64,000 nt of DNA from Methanomicrobia archaeon (GCA_030603445.1 JAUVXU010000008.1:16770-80769); one strand, 5' to 3'; positions 9,435 to 20,272 are shown, counted from the stretch's first letter. Numbers and translations are program-made. Notes: generated by a model not told the origin, from the letters alone.

Positions 9435-11306
9435 ATGTCAAATTCTAATAAAAAGACTGTTGAGGTAGATGATGGTATTGGTTACAAGTTCAAACATACA
9501 GGAGAACTTGAAATTCCAAAACGTATCATTGACCAGGTAGTTGGCCAAGACGAAGCAGTCGAAATCATCAAAATTGCCGCAAAACAGCGCAGAAATGTAT
9601 TATTAATAGGAGAGCCAGGTACCGGTAAATCCATGCTAGGGCAAGCTATGGCAGAACTACTACCTCGTGAAGAGTTAGAAGATATTATCTGTTATCCAAA
9701 TATTGAAGACCCTAATACACCTAAGGTAAGGGCTGTGCGTGCCAATGACGGAAAAGCCATCGTTAAACATCATAAACAACGTGCCAGTCAGCAGGAAAAC
9801 GGCAAGTATATAGTTCTTTTCTTTGTTATAGCAATAGTAATGTTCTTGTCATTCACATCAGGGCAACTACTCACAGGCATCCTGATTGTGGTGCTTTTGA
9901 TTTTCCTCATGCAGAATATGACGCGCTCAAAAGGAACCGCACTTATACCAAAATTATTAATTGATAATTCAGAAAAAATCATATCTCCATTTATTGATGG
10001 AACTGGTGCACACGCAGGAGCGCTTCTTGGAGATGTGCGTCACGATCCATTTCAATCAGGAGGGCTAGGAACTCCGCCGCATGAGCGTGTTGAAGCTGGA
10101 ATGATTCATCGGGCGCATAAAGGCGTTCTTTTCATTGACGAGATATCCACATTCCAGATCAAGATGCAGCAAGCAATACTTACTTCCTTGCAGGAAAAGA
10201 AATACTCTATCACAGGACAAAGCGAGATGTCATCCGGTGCGATGGTACGCACCGAAGTTTGTCCATGTGATTATGTACTTATTGCAGCAGGCAACCTTGA
10301 AACTGTTAGTGGTATGCACCCTGCACTCAGATCTCGTATTCGTGGATATGGATATGAGATATTTATGAATGATGTGATGAAGGACACATTAGAAAACAGA
10401 AGAAGGATTGTCCAAGTCGTAGCTCAAGAAGTTACAAAAGATAAGAAAATTCCCCAATTTACCTATGATGCCGTAGTAGAAATAGTAAATGAAGCACGAA
10501 GACGTGCAGGCAGAAAAGGATACATTACGATGAAGATGCGTGAACTTGGCGGACTTATTCGCACAGCAGGTGATCATGCTCAAAAGAAAGGAAAAGAACT
10601 TGTTGAAGTAGAAGATATCTTAGAAGCAAAGAACAAAGCAAGAACATTAGAACACCAGCTAGCCGACAAGTACATTGAGAAAAGAAAAGAGTATCAAATA
10701 ATTAGGACAAAAGGCCAGGCAATTGGTAGGATAAACGGTCTTGCTGTTGTTGGTGATAGTGGTATCATCTCAACAATTGAGGCAGAAGCCGCTCCTTCTG
10801 CAAGCAAGGAAGAAGGAAAGATCATTGCAGCTGGAAAATTAGGAGATATTGCAAAAGAATCTATTCAAAACGTTTCAGCGCTTGCAAAAAAATACATAGG
10901 AAAAGACATATCCAATTATGACATACATGTCCAATTCATACAAGCTTATGAAGGGGTGGAAGGCGATTCAGCATCCATATCAATCGCCACTGCAGTAATA
11001 TCTGCCCTTACTGGCATCCCAATACGACAAGACATCGCTATGACTGGTTCACTGTCTGTTAGAGGAGAAGTACTCCCGATAGGAGGAGTAAACGCAAAGA
11101 TTGAGGCTGCAATAGATGCAGGAATAAAAGAAATAATAGTCCCTGACTCGAACAAAGCAGATATACTACTTGATGCAAGACATAAGAAACGGGCAAAAAT
11201 TAGGACTGTAAAGACAGTTGCAGAAGTTTTTGAATATGCTTTCGCAGGTGAGAAAAAAGAAGAGCTCGTGAAGAAAATCAAGACTCTCATGACAGATAAT
11301 ATATAA
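9435..11306 (+). CDS. lonB: Archaeal membrane-bound ATP-dependent protease LonB
   Basis: GEPGTGKS; two TMs inserted in the AAA+ domain; DVRHDPFQSGG; VEGDSAS (catalytic Ser); PIGGVNAK. Confidence 0.97.
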   Translation: MSNSNKKTVEVDDGIGYKFKHTGELEIPKRIIDQVVGQDEAVEIIKIAAKQRRNVLLIGEPGTGKSMLGQAMAELLPREELEDIICYPNIEDPNTPKVRAVRANDGKAIVKHHKQRASQQENGKYIVLFFVIAIVMFLSFTSGQLLTGILIVVLLIFLMQNMTRSKGTALIPKLLIDNSEKIISPFIDGTGAHAGALLGDVRHDPFQSGGLGTPPHERVEAGMIHRAHKGVLFIDEISTFQIKMQQAILTSLQEKKYSITGQSEMSSGAMVRTEVCPCDYVLIAAGNLETVSGMHPALRSRIRGYGYEIFMNDVMKDTLENRRRIVQVVAQEVTKDKKIPQFTYDAVVEIVNEARRRAGRKGYITMKMRELGGLIRTAGDHAQKKGKELVEVEDILEAKNKARTLEHQLADKYIEKRKEYQIIRTKGQAIGRINGLAVVGDSGIISTIEAEAAPSASKEEGKIIAAGKLGDIAKESIQNVSALAKKYIGKDISNYDIHVQFIQAYEGVEGDSASISIATAVISALTGIPIRQDIAMTGSLSVRGEVLPIGGVNAKIEAAIDAGIKEIIVPDSNKADILLDARHKKRAKIRTVKTVAEVFEYAFAGEKKEELVKKIKTLMTDNI

Positions 11307-11395
11307 AAATAACAACATTTTAAATTTATATCTCTTTTTTAATTTTTTTTATTTTGTAGAAAAAATCTTTAAAGCCAAAAAATTACTACAAGATA

Positions 11396-12001
11396 ATGAT
11401 ATATGAGATTATTTCATCCACATACAGCTCGAATTCGTATATTCTTACAGGAGAGTATACCATACTTATAGACCCTGGGCTTCCAGAAAATATTCCTTTA
11501 AAATCATTTCTGCAAAAGAAGATGCTTACAATAAACTGCATTATAAACACACACTGCCACTATGATCATATTGGAGGAAATTTTGGAGAAGAAATATATG
11601 TGCATGAGAACGATGCCAATGCCATTGAGACAGGAAACTACAAGACAGCATATATGAATTTTATTTCAGAATTTAATGGATTTCCTGTTAAACGCCGATT
11701 GAAGGAAAACGACGTTATATCCGCCGGAGATCATTCGCTTAAAGTATTACATACTCCTGGCCACACGTCAGGAAGCATATGCCTTTTAGATGCCAACACC
11801 AACACATTATTTAGCGGCGATACGTGGTTTATGAATGGGATAGGTAGAACAGACCTTCCATCAGGGAATCTCAACGACCTAGAAAAAAGCCTCATGAAAC
11901 TAGCAAAGATAGATGCAAAACATATATGCCCCGGACATGGCATGCCTTTTGAGAACAATATTGAAAATATTATTCGTAACTTCTTCCCGGAGGATTGGTG
12001 A
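11396..12001 (+). CDS. MBL-fold metallo-hydrolase (glyoxalase II-like)
   Basis: THCHYDH, HTPGHT, FSGD, PGHG. Confidence 0.9.
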   Translation: MIYEIISSTYSSNSYILTGEYTILIDPGLPENIPLKSFLQKKMLTINCIINTHCHYDHIGGNFGEEIYVHENDANAIETGNYKTAYMNFISEFNGFPVKRRLKENDVISAGDHSLKVLHTPGHTSGSICLLDANTNTLFSGDTWFMNGIGRTDLPSGNLNDLEKSLMKLAKIDAKHICPGHGMPFENNIENIIRNFFPEDW

Positions 12002-12777
12002 TGAGGGAGTTATCAAAAAAAGAACTAATATCTGTAATAAAACTACTTCAAGAAGATATTACAAAAAGAGTAAAAAAATCTGGTTCAAATGGTGTAGTCA
12101 TTGGCATATCGGGAGGGATAGATTCAGCAGTTACGTGCGCATTGTGTGCAGGGGTAGTTGATACCCTGGGACTTTTTATGCCTGAAAAAGAAATTACACC
12201 TCCGGAGGACGCAGATGATGCGCTTTTCCTTTGTAGGTCTTTGGACGTGCCATACAGAAAGATAGATATAACTAAACCTTTGCATTGCATGATTGACGCA
12301 TATCCCTTACCTTTAAACAAATATTGTATATCAAACATCACACCCAGACTTAGGATGTCTTATCTATATGCCACCGCAAACCTCGAGAAAAGAATAGTGG
12401 CCGGGACGTCTAACAAAACAGAACGTTTACTTGGATATTCCACTAAATGGGGGGACAATGCATCTGATTTTTGCTCTATAGGAAATTTATGGAAGACAGA
12501 AGTTTTCAAAATTGGGAAGATACTTGGCATCCAAAAATCAATACTAGAAAAAGCTCCTTCTGCCAGATTATTTGTCGGTCAGACTGATGAGAATGATCTC
12601 GGAGGAAAATATGAAGTAATAGATGAAATACTCTACTTGATGACCGAGAAAAACAAAACTCCAGAAGAAGCCGGAAGACGTGTTGAAAACATAACACTTG
12701 CCATTTCACTTAACAAAAGAATAAAAGATAACGCCCACAAACGTGTTATGCCCCCGTGTCCTGAAGTGGGGCTGTAA
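11995..12777 (+). CDS. nadE: NH3-dependent NAD+ synthetase
   Basis: GISGGIDS, RLRMSYLY, GTSNKTE, GYSTKWGD, APSARL, GQTDE. Confidence 0.95.
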   Translation: MVMRELSKKELISVIKLLQEDITKRVKKSGSNGVVIGISGGIDSAVTCALCAGVVDTLGLFMPEKEITPPEDADDALFLCRSLDVPYRKIDITKPLHCMIDAYPLPLNKYCISNITPRLRMSYLYATANLEKRIVAGTSNKTERLLGYSTKWGDNASDFCSIGNLWKTEVFKIGKILGIQKSILEKAPSARLFVGQTDENDLGGKYEVIDEILYLMTEKNKTPEEAGRRVENITLAISLNKRIKDNAHKRVMPPCPEVGL

Positions 12778-15406
12778 CAACGCCTTGGGCAAATTCATCA
12801 GTTCCTCCACCTTTTCCATAGTCACATATGACCTTGTTTGCCTTGAATCCCTTCTTTTGTGCATTTATTCCGCATACAATCACAAGAAGCTTCCCATTTG
12901 AAAGAACAACAATAGAATCATCATCGGCAAGTGAGAAAGCTGTTTTTCGCAATACTTCCGAATCACCCTCAATAGTAGCTATTAATTGGCGAATGCCATC
13001 CTTTTCCACGAACGCATCCCCAAGAGAGGATTGCTTAATCTTTGAGAGTTCGAGTTTGAGGCCTTCTATCTCTTTTACGCCTTTTTTCCATTCTTTGAAG
13101 AAACGATCGCACGTAGCTACAAGATGCATCTTGTCAACACGAAAAATAGATGCTGATTTCCTGATGATGCGAGCATCCTCCTGCATTGAGCGCACCGCCT
13201 GCAATCCTGCCGTGTACTCAAGGCGCACTATGCCATCTTGTATCTTTTCAGATTTTATTATTTTAATAGGCCCAACTTCGCTTGTTGAATTGCAGTGAGT
13301 CCCACCACACGCTTCCACATCAAGGCCTTCAATAGAAACAATACGCAACACGCGGCCTGGTACAGCCCCACCCTGATAAATCCTAAATCCATAGCGCTTT
13401 TCCGCCTCGTCCCTTTCCATAAAAGTCTTGACAACAGGCTTATCATCCAGTACATATTTGTTGGACAGATACTCTATTTCCTCTAGTTCTGTATCTGTTA
13501 ACGATACGTAGTGTGTAATATCTAATCGCGCCTTCTCTACTGTCTTTTCGGCGCCTGCCTGCCAGATATGATTACCCAACACTTTACGCGCAGCAGCATT
13601 TATTATGTGTGTTGCAGTATGATGGCGGGTAAGTGCCCTCCTGCGCTCCTTATTAACAGTGCAAAAGACTTTTTCACCTACAGAGAAGATGGCCTCATCA
13701 ACTGTATGAATCACAATAGGCCCATATTTTTTAACTGATAAAACATTAGCAGCACCTATGGTCCCTAAATCTTGTTCCTGCCCTCCCCCCACAGGATAAA
13801 AACATGTCCTGTCAAGCGCTATCTCGTTGCCCTTAATCCATAATATCTCTGCTTCAAAATCATATTTGTCATCATTATCATAATAGAGCAACTTAGTTGG
13901 AAGCACATCGAACTGGCGTTGTTGTTTTTTCTTTTTTTCAGGTTTTTGGGCCTCGTGTCGCTCAGTTACCTGAATATAAAAATCGTTGGGAATATCAACT
14001 TTAACTCCAAGCTCATCCGCCTGTGCCTTTACAAGCTCTGGTGTTACCCCATGTGAATCGTACATCTCTATGAGCTTGTCTGATGATATCTTATTTTTTG
14101 TAAGCATTGATCGAACTATTTTCTTTGCTTTTGTCTTGGAATTCCCATATTTTTCTTCTTCTACTTTTAATATGCGTTCTACATCGTCGATTGTCTCATC
14201 AGAGAAGGGAAACTCCTTTTCAAGATACTCTGCATGCAGCCTGCACAGTTCACCTATGGATGTATCAAACCCATACATGTCTATGAAATACTGGGCACGC
14301 CTAAATAACACGCGAAGATTATAACCACCCCCCACATTAGATGGCAAAGCCCCATCAGCCAATGCAAACAATAGTGAACGTGAATGATCAGCAATGGAAT
14401 AATTCGCAGCAATTGGAAGCACTACATTTTTAAGAGTATCAACATCGCATCCAATAGACTGCGCTATATTTGCCCAGGTGGTTTTTATATCTTCATTCTC
14501 ATCTACATTTAACATGCCTGAGTATGGGGCAAACTTCTTAAAAATGTCAAAATCTGGTTCTAAAGACGAATGTTTGTACAGGTGGTCTATAACTGTGGGG
14601 AATACAGAATCATAAATTGATGGGGTTCCTTGGGAAAACCATGTGAATCGCTCCTGGCCTGCCCCCATATCTAAAACTTTAAGATCAAGTTCCCTGTATC
14701 CAGAAGATGTCATTTCGTAAAGGATGTAGACTTGATTGCCAAGCTCAACGCCATGGGAGAAAAATTCCATACATGGGCCAAAATTTCCGCCGCCAGCCCA
14801 GCCATCTTCATGAAATATTAAATCTTTTTTTGGTATTTCCATTCCTGATGTAAGCCAAAAATATATGTCCCGGAAATATTTTTCTTGGTCGAACTCATGT
14901 TTTTTTGTAAATGCATGTTGTCCTATCATGACAAAACCTGTAAAGGATCTTCCAGAGATTCCAACATTGTCCGTATCAAGGAAACGTAAGCAAAATTGTG
15001 GTACAACAAGGGGATTTGCAGGAGGAGTAATAGAACCTGAAACAACATGTGGTTGGAAATCGTATATTGATGCTTGGACAAAATCCGTGTCATCTCTCCA
15101 TCTAGCAACCACAGGATATCGGGGAATAGTTTTATACCCCATATCTCCAAAAGCATTTGAGAATCTCTCCCATGTTTCTATATAATCCATGGAACGGGCA
15201 GGAGAGTTGCCTATGAATGAATATCCTCCCTCACAATCAGGATCGCCACACACTTCGCGATCACTAGTTGACCAGAAATATTTGCCACATTTCTTACAAA
15301 TACCTCTTTGAAATCCTTTTTCTTCTAAAACATCGACCGCAAAATACTTTTTATAGTCCTTAGATGCCTTCTCTCTGAACTTAGCCTTCAATGTCTTTGT
15401 ATCCAT
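12746..15406 (-). CDS. alaS: Alanine--tRNA ligase (archaeal type)
   Basis: RYPVVARWR, PPANPLVVPQ, GGGNFGP, ADHSR; editing motifs HHTATH and CGGTH. Confidence 0.97.
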   Translation of the reverse strand: MDTKTLKAKFREKASKDYKKYFAVDVLEEKGFQRGICKKCGKYFWSTSDREVCGDPDCEGGYSFIGNSPARSMDYIETWERFSNAFGDMGYKTIPRYPVVARWRDDTDFVQASIYDFQPHVVSGSITPPANPLVVPQFCLRFLDTDNVGISGRSFTGFVMIGQHAFTKKHEFDQEKYFRDIYFWLTSGMEIPKKDLIFHEDGWAGGGNFGPCMEFFSHGVELGNQVYILYEMTSSGYRELDLKVLDMGAGQERFTWFSQGTPSIYDSVFPTVIDHLYKHSSLEPDFDIFKKFAPYSGMLNVDENEDIKTTWANIAQSIGCDVDTLKNVVLPIAANYSIADHSRSLLFALADGALPSNVGGGYNLRVLFRRAQYFIDMYGFDTSIGELCRLHAEYLEKEFPFSDETIDDVERILKVEEEKYGNSKTKAKKIVRSMLTKNKISSDKLIEMYDSHGVTPELVKAQADELGVKVDIPNDFYIQVTERHEAQKPEKKKKQQRQFDVLPTKLLYYDNDDKYDFEAEILWIKGNEIALDRTCFYPVGGGQEQDLGTIGAANVLSVKKYGPIVIHTVDEAIFSVGEKVFCTVNKERRRALTRHHTATHIINAAARKVLGNHIWQAGAEKTVEKARLDITHYVSLTDTELEEIEYLSNKYVLDDKPVVKTFMERDEAEKRYGFRIYQGGAVPGRVLRIVSIEGLDVEACGGTHCNSTSEVGPIKIIKSEKIQDGIVRLEYTAGLQAVRSMQEDARIIRKSASIFRVDKMHLVATCDRFFKEWKKGVKEIEGLKLELSKIKQSSLGDAFVEKDGIRQLIATIEGDSEVLRKTAFSLADDDSIVVLSNGKLLVIVCGINAQKKGFKANKVICDYGKGGGTDEFAQGVVTAPLQDTGA

Positions 15407-15554
15407 GGTCGCACCACAATGTATTCTTAATCATGGTAAATAATTGTTATTAATAAACCTTTTTATTTTTATTAGATTTATTGCTAGATTAGTTAATTTT
15501 TGTAAATAATTATTAAAAAAAGCTAATTCGGGGGATGTTAATAAATAGAAAAAA

Positions 15555-16220
15555 TTATTGTCTCTCCAATATGTATTTACGTTCAAGCATTTCAAGCACA
15601 ATAGAGACTTCTCCCTCATCAACTCTTAGTCTGTTAGATAGGTCTTTAGAGGATAATGTTCCTCCTGCATTGACTACCTCTAATACCACCCGTTTCTCAA
15701 TATCAGTTAATCCGAGCTTCTCACATAAAATTAATGCCTGTTGGCGAACTTGTTCTACCTTATATTCTAGATACTCTTTTGCCTGTATTATCTTTTCAAG
15801 TTCACTGATCAAAGAGGACATAACAAGAGAAAGCTCCCCTATCTCATGAATATGTTGCGTCTTCTTAACTTCATCTTCAAATGTTTTAAGTTGGGGGAAT
15901 TCTATAAAAATATCTGAAAAATCGGAATCTAAAAGGTCCTCAAGGTTTGTATCGAAACGATATGGCCCAACTGAAAACTCCATATGAACTCTCTTGTTTA
16001 TCTTAAAATATTTCCTTGGGCTTCCGCGACTTTGTTTCTTTATATAAAGTTCAACTATATCGGCTTCCTGCAAAAGCCTCATATGCTCATTTATGGCTTT
16101 TTGTCCAATATTTAGTTTATCTGCAATCTCTGTGGTGTAACATGGCCCCGAAGCAAGCATCTTTAGTATCAGTCTCCTGGTCTCGTTTCCCATAAGATTA
16201 AAAAGAATGTCCTCATCCAT
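15555..16220 (-). CDS. ArsR-family wHTH regulator, Phr/HSR heat-shock-regulator-like
   Basis: LMGNETRRLIL..L...PCY..EI......GQKAI.EH...L; RGSPRKYF; coiled-coil C-terminus. Confidence 0.8.
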   Translation of the reverse strand: MDEDILFNLMGNETRRLILKMLASGPCYTTEIADKLNIGQKAINEHMRLLQEADIVELYIKKQSRGSPRKYFKINKRVHMEFSVGPYRFDTNLEDLLDSDFSDIFIEFPQLKTFEDEVKKTQHIHEIGELSLVMSSLISELEKIIQAKEYLEYKVEQVRQQALILCEKLGLTDIEKRVVLEVVNAGGTLSSKDLSNRLRVDEGEVSIVLEMLERKYILERQ

Positions 16221-16271
16221 CAGATCATCGCCATATTTACCCGCAATCACGAGTATTCTTATCTAAAGTAT

Positions 16272-16281
16272 AAGTTAACTT
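16272..16281. promoter_or_regulatory. Palindrome AAGTTAACTT just downstream of the TATA box of the ArsR/Phr-like gene (candidate operator)
   Basis: Perfect 10-bp palindrome a few nt 3' of TTTAAATG on the minus strand. Confidence 0.35.
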
Positions 16282-16416
16282 TATGTTCATTTAAATATTT
16301 TATATAATTTATTTATAAAACTTTTGGTAGATATAGTATTAAGACAAAATTATGATAAGATTTATATACAACATCGATGTTTTAAAAATAATAACTATCT
16401 TTAATTGGTGTTTTAT

Positions 16417-17103
16417 ATGGAACAGGAAAAAAGTGTGACCCATATAGTGCATGAAATCCTTGATTCGCTCCCTCTTATAAGCGATTACCTCCTTAACAAT
16501 ATTATCAACTACAAGGGGCTTGCAAGATGGATACAAAAAGATGTGGAAAAGAGAATAAAAAAAGAAGTATCTATAGAGTCCATATCTGTCGCAATCCAAA
16601 GATATCATTTTAAAGAAGGTTTAGGCGAGGACAAAAAACTTACAAATGCCATTTCTCGTACAAAACTTATCCTGAAAAATGATATAACAAATGTCGCATT
16701 TTTAAAAAATTATGAACTAATAAAGAAAATAGATTCATTTTCCGAAAAAATAAGGTGGGAATATGGTGAAACATTCTTCACTGTACAGTCATCCCAAGAG
16801 CTTTCCGTTGTTTTGGAGCATGATAGATTATCTGAGTTCTTGACATTCACAACAGCATATAAACCATTATCAGTAGTAGAGGATGTCACCACAATAAACT
16901 GCAAGTATCCTGAGCATATAGTCCATATACCCGGATACCTCTATTCTCTTCTCAGAGCCATAACAATGGCAAAAGTGAATGTAATTGATATATTCTCAAC
17001 ATTCACCGAGTTCGTCTTCTTGTTCAGGAAATCCGATGCCCTTAAAGCATACGGGGTACTTGAGCAGCTCATCAACGAAGCACGAGAAAGAGAATTACGA
17101 TAA
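16417..17103 (+). CDS. ACT-domain protein with N-terminal HTH-like domain (putative regulator)
   Basis: IINYKGLARWI N-terminal motif; C-terminal PGYLY...VNVIDIFSTFTE ACT pattern. Confidence 0.75.
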   Translation: MEQEKSVTHIVHEILDSLPLISDYLLNNIINYKGLARWIQKDVEKRIKKEVSIESISVAIQRYHFKEGLGEDKKLTNAISRTKLILKNDITNVAFLKNYELIKKIDSFSEKIRWEYGETFFTVQSSQELSVVLEHDRLSEFLTFTTAYKPLSVVEDVTTINCKYPEHIVHIPGYLYSLLRAITMAKVNVIDIFSTFTEFVFLFRKSDALKAYGVLEQLINEARERELR

Positions 17104-18249
17104 GATCTCATCCAAACGCTCTTCTTCCAAGCCCCGTTTTATTTCCATTGCAATTCTTCTACCTGTGGACATGGTTGTCCTGTATAGCGAGTTTCCGTAT
17201 GGGTGCCCTACAGCAAGATGCACATTAGTGCCCCCTCCAACTCGTGGCGCAACGTCATATATATGATAATTCAAGTCCTTATCTATGCACGTCTGCAAAC
17301 AAAAAGGTCCTATTACTCCTGGATTATAATGTTCCTGGGCTACTTTAACGAATTTTTCTGCAAGGTCAAATGCACTCTCAAGCAAAGATTCTCGCACTGT
17401 TGCAGAATTATGGCCACAGACAGTATACTCTGGAAGGAACTGTTTCTCGTTGAGGTTAATCTGTTGGTCTGCAGGAAGTCTCACATGTCCATCAAGAGAT
17501 GTTTCAAATCTCCAATCCACCCCAAGAAGCTCGATTTTAGAATACTCCTCCTCCAAAGGAGAATAGAAGAAGTCGAAGTTGAAAACTGGGCCTATAATAT
17601 AGCGTTCAATACGGGCAGTTTTGAGATCATCTGCTGTAATTACGCCTTGTTTTATCAATTTTTCTGATTTTTCAACATATTCCTCATATGAGGCTGCTGT
17701 AAAGAACCCACGTTCTAGTTTTTTCTTTGCATGGTGCAACTTCACAACGACAAGTTCATCAATATCAGCTGGATTTTTTATCTCTTCTGGGAAGGGAAGG
17801 CCGCCTTTTTCAAGCACCCAATAATAAGACTGTTGTTCAGTGCGTTCTTCCATTCGCAACATGTCACGAGACCCGAACATAGGAACTTTGAACCCATCCT
17901 CTACAACATCCATAGGGATATAAGAGGTAAAGGATCTATTGGGAATAAATATTACGCTGTCATTAATCATTCTTTGTTGTTCTTGTGGGGCTACCATATC
18001 CTTAAATTTGTCATATACATAAAATTTGTCGATCATTCCCCTGACAATCTTCCCATCGATGCGTTTTGCCTTAAAATATTTCCCATAAGTATTTTCTCTT
18101 CCTTTTTGACAGTAAAGTACTGTGTGAAATCCCTCTTCAATCGCACCATCTGCAATATCAAGGGCAGAGTGTGAGGCAAGAGCCCCCACCATGACCTTAT
18201 TCTTATCATAGCGCTTAGCAATATCAATAATCTCAGTCTTATCTATCAT
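17095..18249 (-). CDS. purP: PurP-family formate--AICAR ligase-like protein (long paralog)
   Basis: ASHSALDIADGA, PNRSF, LERGFF, RESLLE, GPFCLQ, RVGGGTN, MSTGRRIAMEI. Confidence 0.9.
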   Translation of the reverse strand: MIDKTEIIDIAKRYDKNKVMVGALASHSALDIADGAIEEGFHTVLYCQKGRENTYGKYFKAKRIDGKIVRGMIDKFYVYDKFKDMVAPQEQQRMINDSVIFIPNRSFTSYIPMDVVEDGFKVPMFGSRDMLRMEERTEQQSYYWVLEKGGLPFPEEIKNPADIDELVVVKLHHAKKKLERGFFTAASYEEYVEKSEKLIKQGVITADDLKTARIERYIIGPVFNFDFFYSPLEEEYSKIELLGVDWRFETSLDGHVRLPADQQINLNEKQFLPEYTVCGHNSATVRESLLESAFDLAEKFVKVAQEHYNPGVIGPFCLQTCIDKDLNYHIYDVAPRVGGGTNVHLAVGHPYGNSLYRTTMSTGRRIAMEIKRGLEEERLDEILS

Positions 18250-19241
18250 GTAGTAACCTCCTTTAGACTATCTGTGGCAATTGCATCTTTTATCTCCATC
18301 GCTATGCGCCTGCCACAACTTATGTCTTTCCCATACTTTGCATATGTATAAGGTGATGATGGAACAAATGGATTAGTGCCTGCAACTATACGTGCCGATA
18401 TTTCGAACGTTATTATGTCAAGATCAGCTGTGCATATAGTTTCTAGACAAAACGGCCCTAAAATTCCCTTCTCACTTATATTTTGTGATTCTTTTACCAC
18501 CCTCTCACCTATATCAAATACATCCTCCAATAACGACTCCCTAGCAACTATAGGGAAGTTTCCCACAACAGAATATGAAGGTGATAGACCAAGGTGCTTC
18601 TGATCCGCACCAGGTATGCGTCCTATAGCGTCTACATTTGACTCATAACGCTTGTCGATGGATAGTAGTTCCAACTCTCTTTTAAGAGGCGAATAAAAGA
18701 AGTGAAAGTACATTGGAACACCTACAATATACTCTTGGATCTGATAACTGCCCTTGATACCTTTGATCTTTCTTTCAAAGTCTTCATGATCATATGCAAC
18801 AAAATACCCCATTCCGCCTTTTGCACCAAATAATTTTATTATAACAGGCCTGTCTATCTCCAAAGGATTTTCAAAAGACATAGGGATTTTTATGCCTGCA
18901 CCTTCCAACCATTTTCTCTCTAGATGCCTATCAGACTCCCATTTGAATAGGTATTTATTACCTGCCATCGGTACCGAAAATATATTTTCTATAAAATCAA
19001 GTGACAAGTATGAAATAAAGCTACCATGGGGTACCATTATGGTGTCTTCAGGAATCTCATCAGAACAATTATGCAAAAATTCACCCATATTATCAGTATA
19101 TATTATATCGTCTGCTACACCAAATCTTTCATAGAAAGTCCTGCTTCTAGAAGCTATTAGAAGTGTACTTAACCCTTCATCTTTTGCCCCTCGCAGTATA
19201 TTGAGTGCAGAGTGTGAACCAATGGTTGCTACGGTTGTTAT
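18246..19241 (-). CDS. purP: Formate--phosphoribosylaminoimidazolecarboxamide ligase PurP (probable ATA start)
   Basis: The frame extends 51 codons upstream of the tracked ORF (ITTVATIGSHSALNILRGAKDEG); also PHGSF, GAKGGMGYF, ARIVAGTN, GRRIAMEI. Confidence 0.9.
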   Translation of the reverse strand: MTTVATIGSHSALNILRGAKDEGLSTLLIASRSRTFYERFGVADDIIYTDNMGEFLHNCSDEIPEDTIMVPHGSFISYLSLDFIENIFSVPMAGNKYLFKWESDRHLERKWLEGAGIKIPMSFENPLEIDRPVIIKLFGAKGGMGYFVAYDHEDFERKIKGIKGSYQIQEYIVGVPMYFHFFYSPLKRELELLSIDKRYESNVDAIGRIPGADQKHLGLSPSYSVVGNFPIVARESLLEDVFDIGERVVKESQNISEKGILGPFCLETICTADLDIITFEISARIVAGTNPFVPSSPYTYAKYGKDISCGRRIAMEIKDAIATDSLKEVTT

Positions 19242-19365
19242 AGTATCACCTGCTTTAATTACCTCATTTTAGATTATTATAAAAAGTTTTGCCTAAATTA
19301 TACATATTTATGTAAAAAAAGATTTAAATACATAAATTTTTCCTCACATATATGAGTATGGTGGT

Positions 19366-20271
19366 ATGATTATGAGTTCACAAAAATCCGGTTCTGTAAA
19401 GGAGATTATATTTATAGATGATAACACGTTAGAGTTTGAATTTACTGATAGAATTTCTATTTTTGATAAGCTTATCCCCTCAACTATTCCGGGAAAAGGT
19501 ACTACCTTATGTAATGAAGGCGTATTTTGGTTTCAGAAGGTAGAAAATTTAGACATAAAAACACATTTTATAAAACAAGTTGCCCCAAACAGGATGCGTG
19601 TAAAAAGAGTGAGAATAATTAGAGATTATAACAAGATAGACACGACATCTACAAATTATCTAATACCCTTAGAATTTATAGCACGCCACTACGTAGCAGG
19701 TTCACTTTATGAACGGGTCAAAAAGAAGAATATTTCTGCAGAAACACTTGGTTTTAAGCCAGGTCATGTTGTTACTTATGGCGAGAAACTTCCAACACCA
19801 TACATCGAAACGTCTACAAAGCTAGAAGCAGTTGACAGACTACTTGATAAGGAAGAAGCACTAGCCATATCAGGATTAACTGAGAAGGAATATAATACCA
19901 TATTTGACACCATACTAAAAATAGACGAATTAATCGAACATGAAGTATCAAAGCGCGGATTAATCCATGTTGATGGTAAGAAGGAATTCGCATTTGACGA
20001 TAATAGGGAATTAATGGTAATCGATGTATTTGGAACTGCTGATGAGGACAGATTTTGGGACAGGTCTGTTTGGGAAAATGGAGAATGTGTTGAAATGTCA
20101 AAAGAATTTGTACGAAAATACTACGAACTCATAGGATATAAGAAGGCCCTTTACAAAGCTCGTGACGAAAAAGCACCTGAACCAGATATGCCCGTCCCGC
20201 CTGATGAATTAATTGAGCAAGCAGTGCAGCTGTATAAACTAATGCAATACAAAATCATGGGTGTTGAGTAA
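19366..20271 (+). CDS. purC: SAICAR synthase
   Basis: GSVKE, FTDRISIFD, IPLEFIARHY..GS, VDGKKEF, DEDRFW. Confidence 0.95.
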   Translation: MIMSSQKSGSVKEIIFIDDNTLEFEFTDRISIFDKLIPSTIPGKGTTLCNEGVFWFQKVENLDIKTHFIKQVAPNRMRVKRVRIIRDYNKIDTTSTNYLIPLEFIARHYVAGSLYERVKKKNISAETLGFKPGHVVTYGEKLPTPYIETSTKLEAVDRLLDKEEALAISGLTEKEYNTIFDTILKIDELIEHEVSKRGLIHVDGKKEFAFDDNRELMVIDVFGTADEDRFWDRSVWENGECVEMSKEFVRKYYELIGYKKALYKARDEKAPEPDMPVPPDELIEQAVQLYKLMQYKIMGVE

Positions 20272-20272
20272 G

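Noticed and set aside
12746-12777. Convergent 3' overlaps (nadE/alaS, ATPase/glmU, MFS/ahcY)
   Set aside because: Short overlaps are common in compact archaeal genomes.
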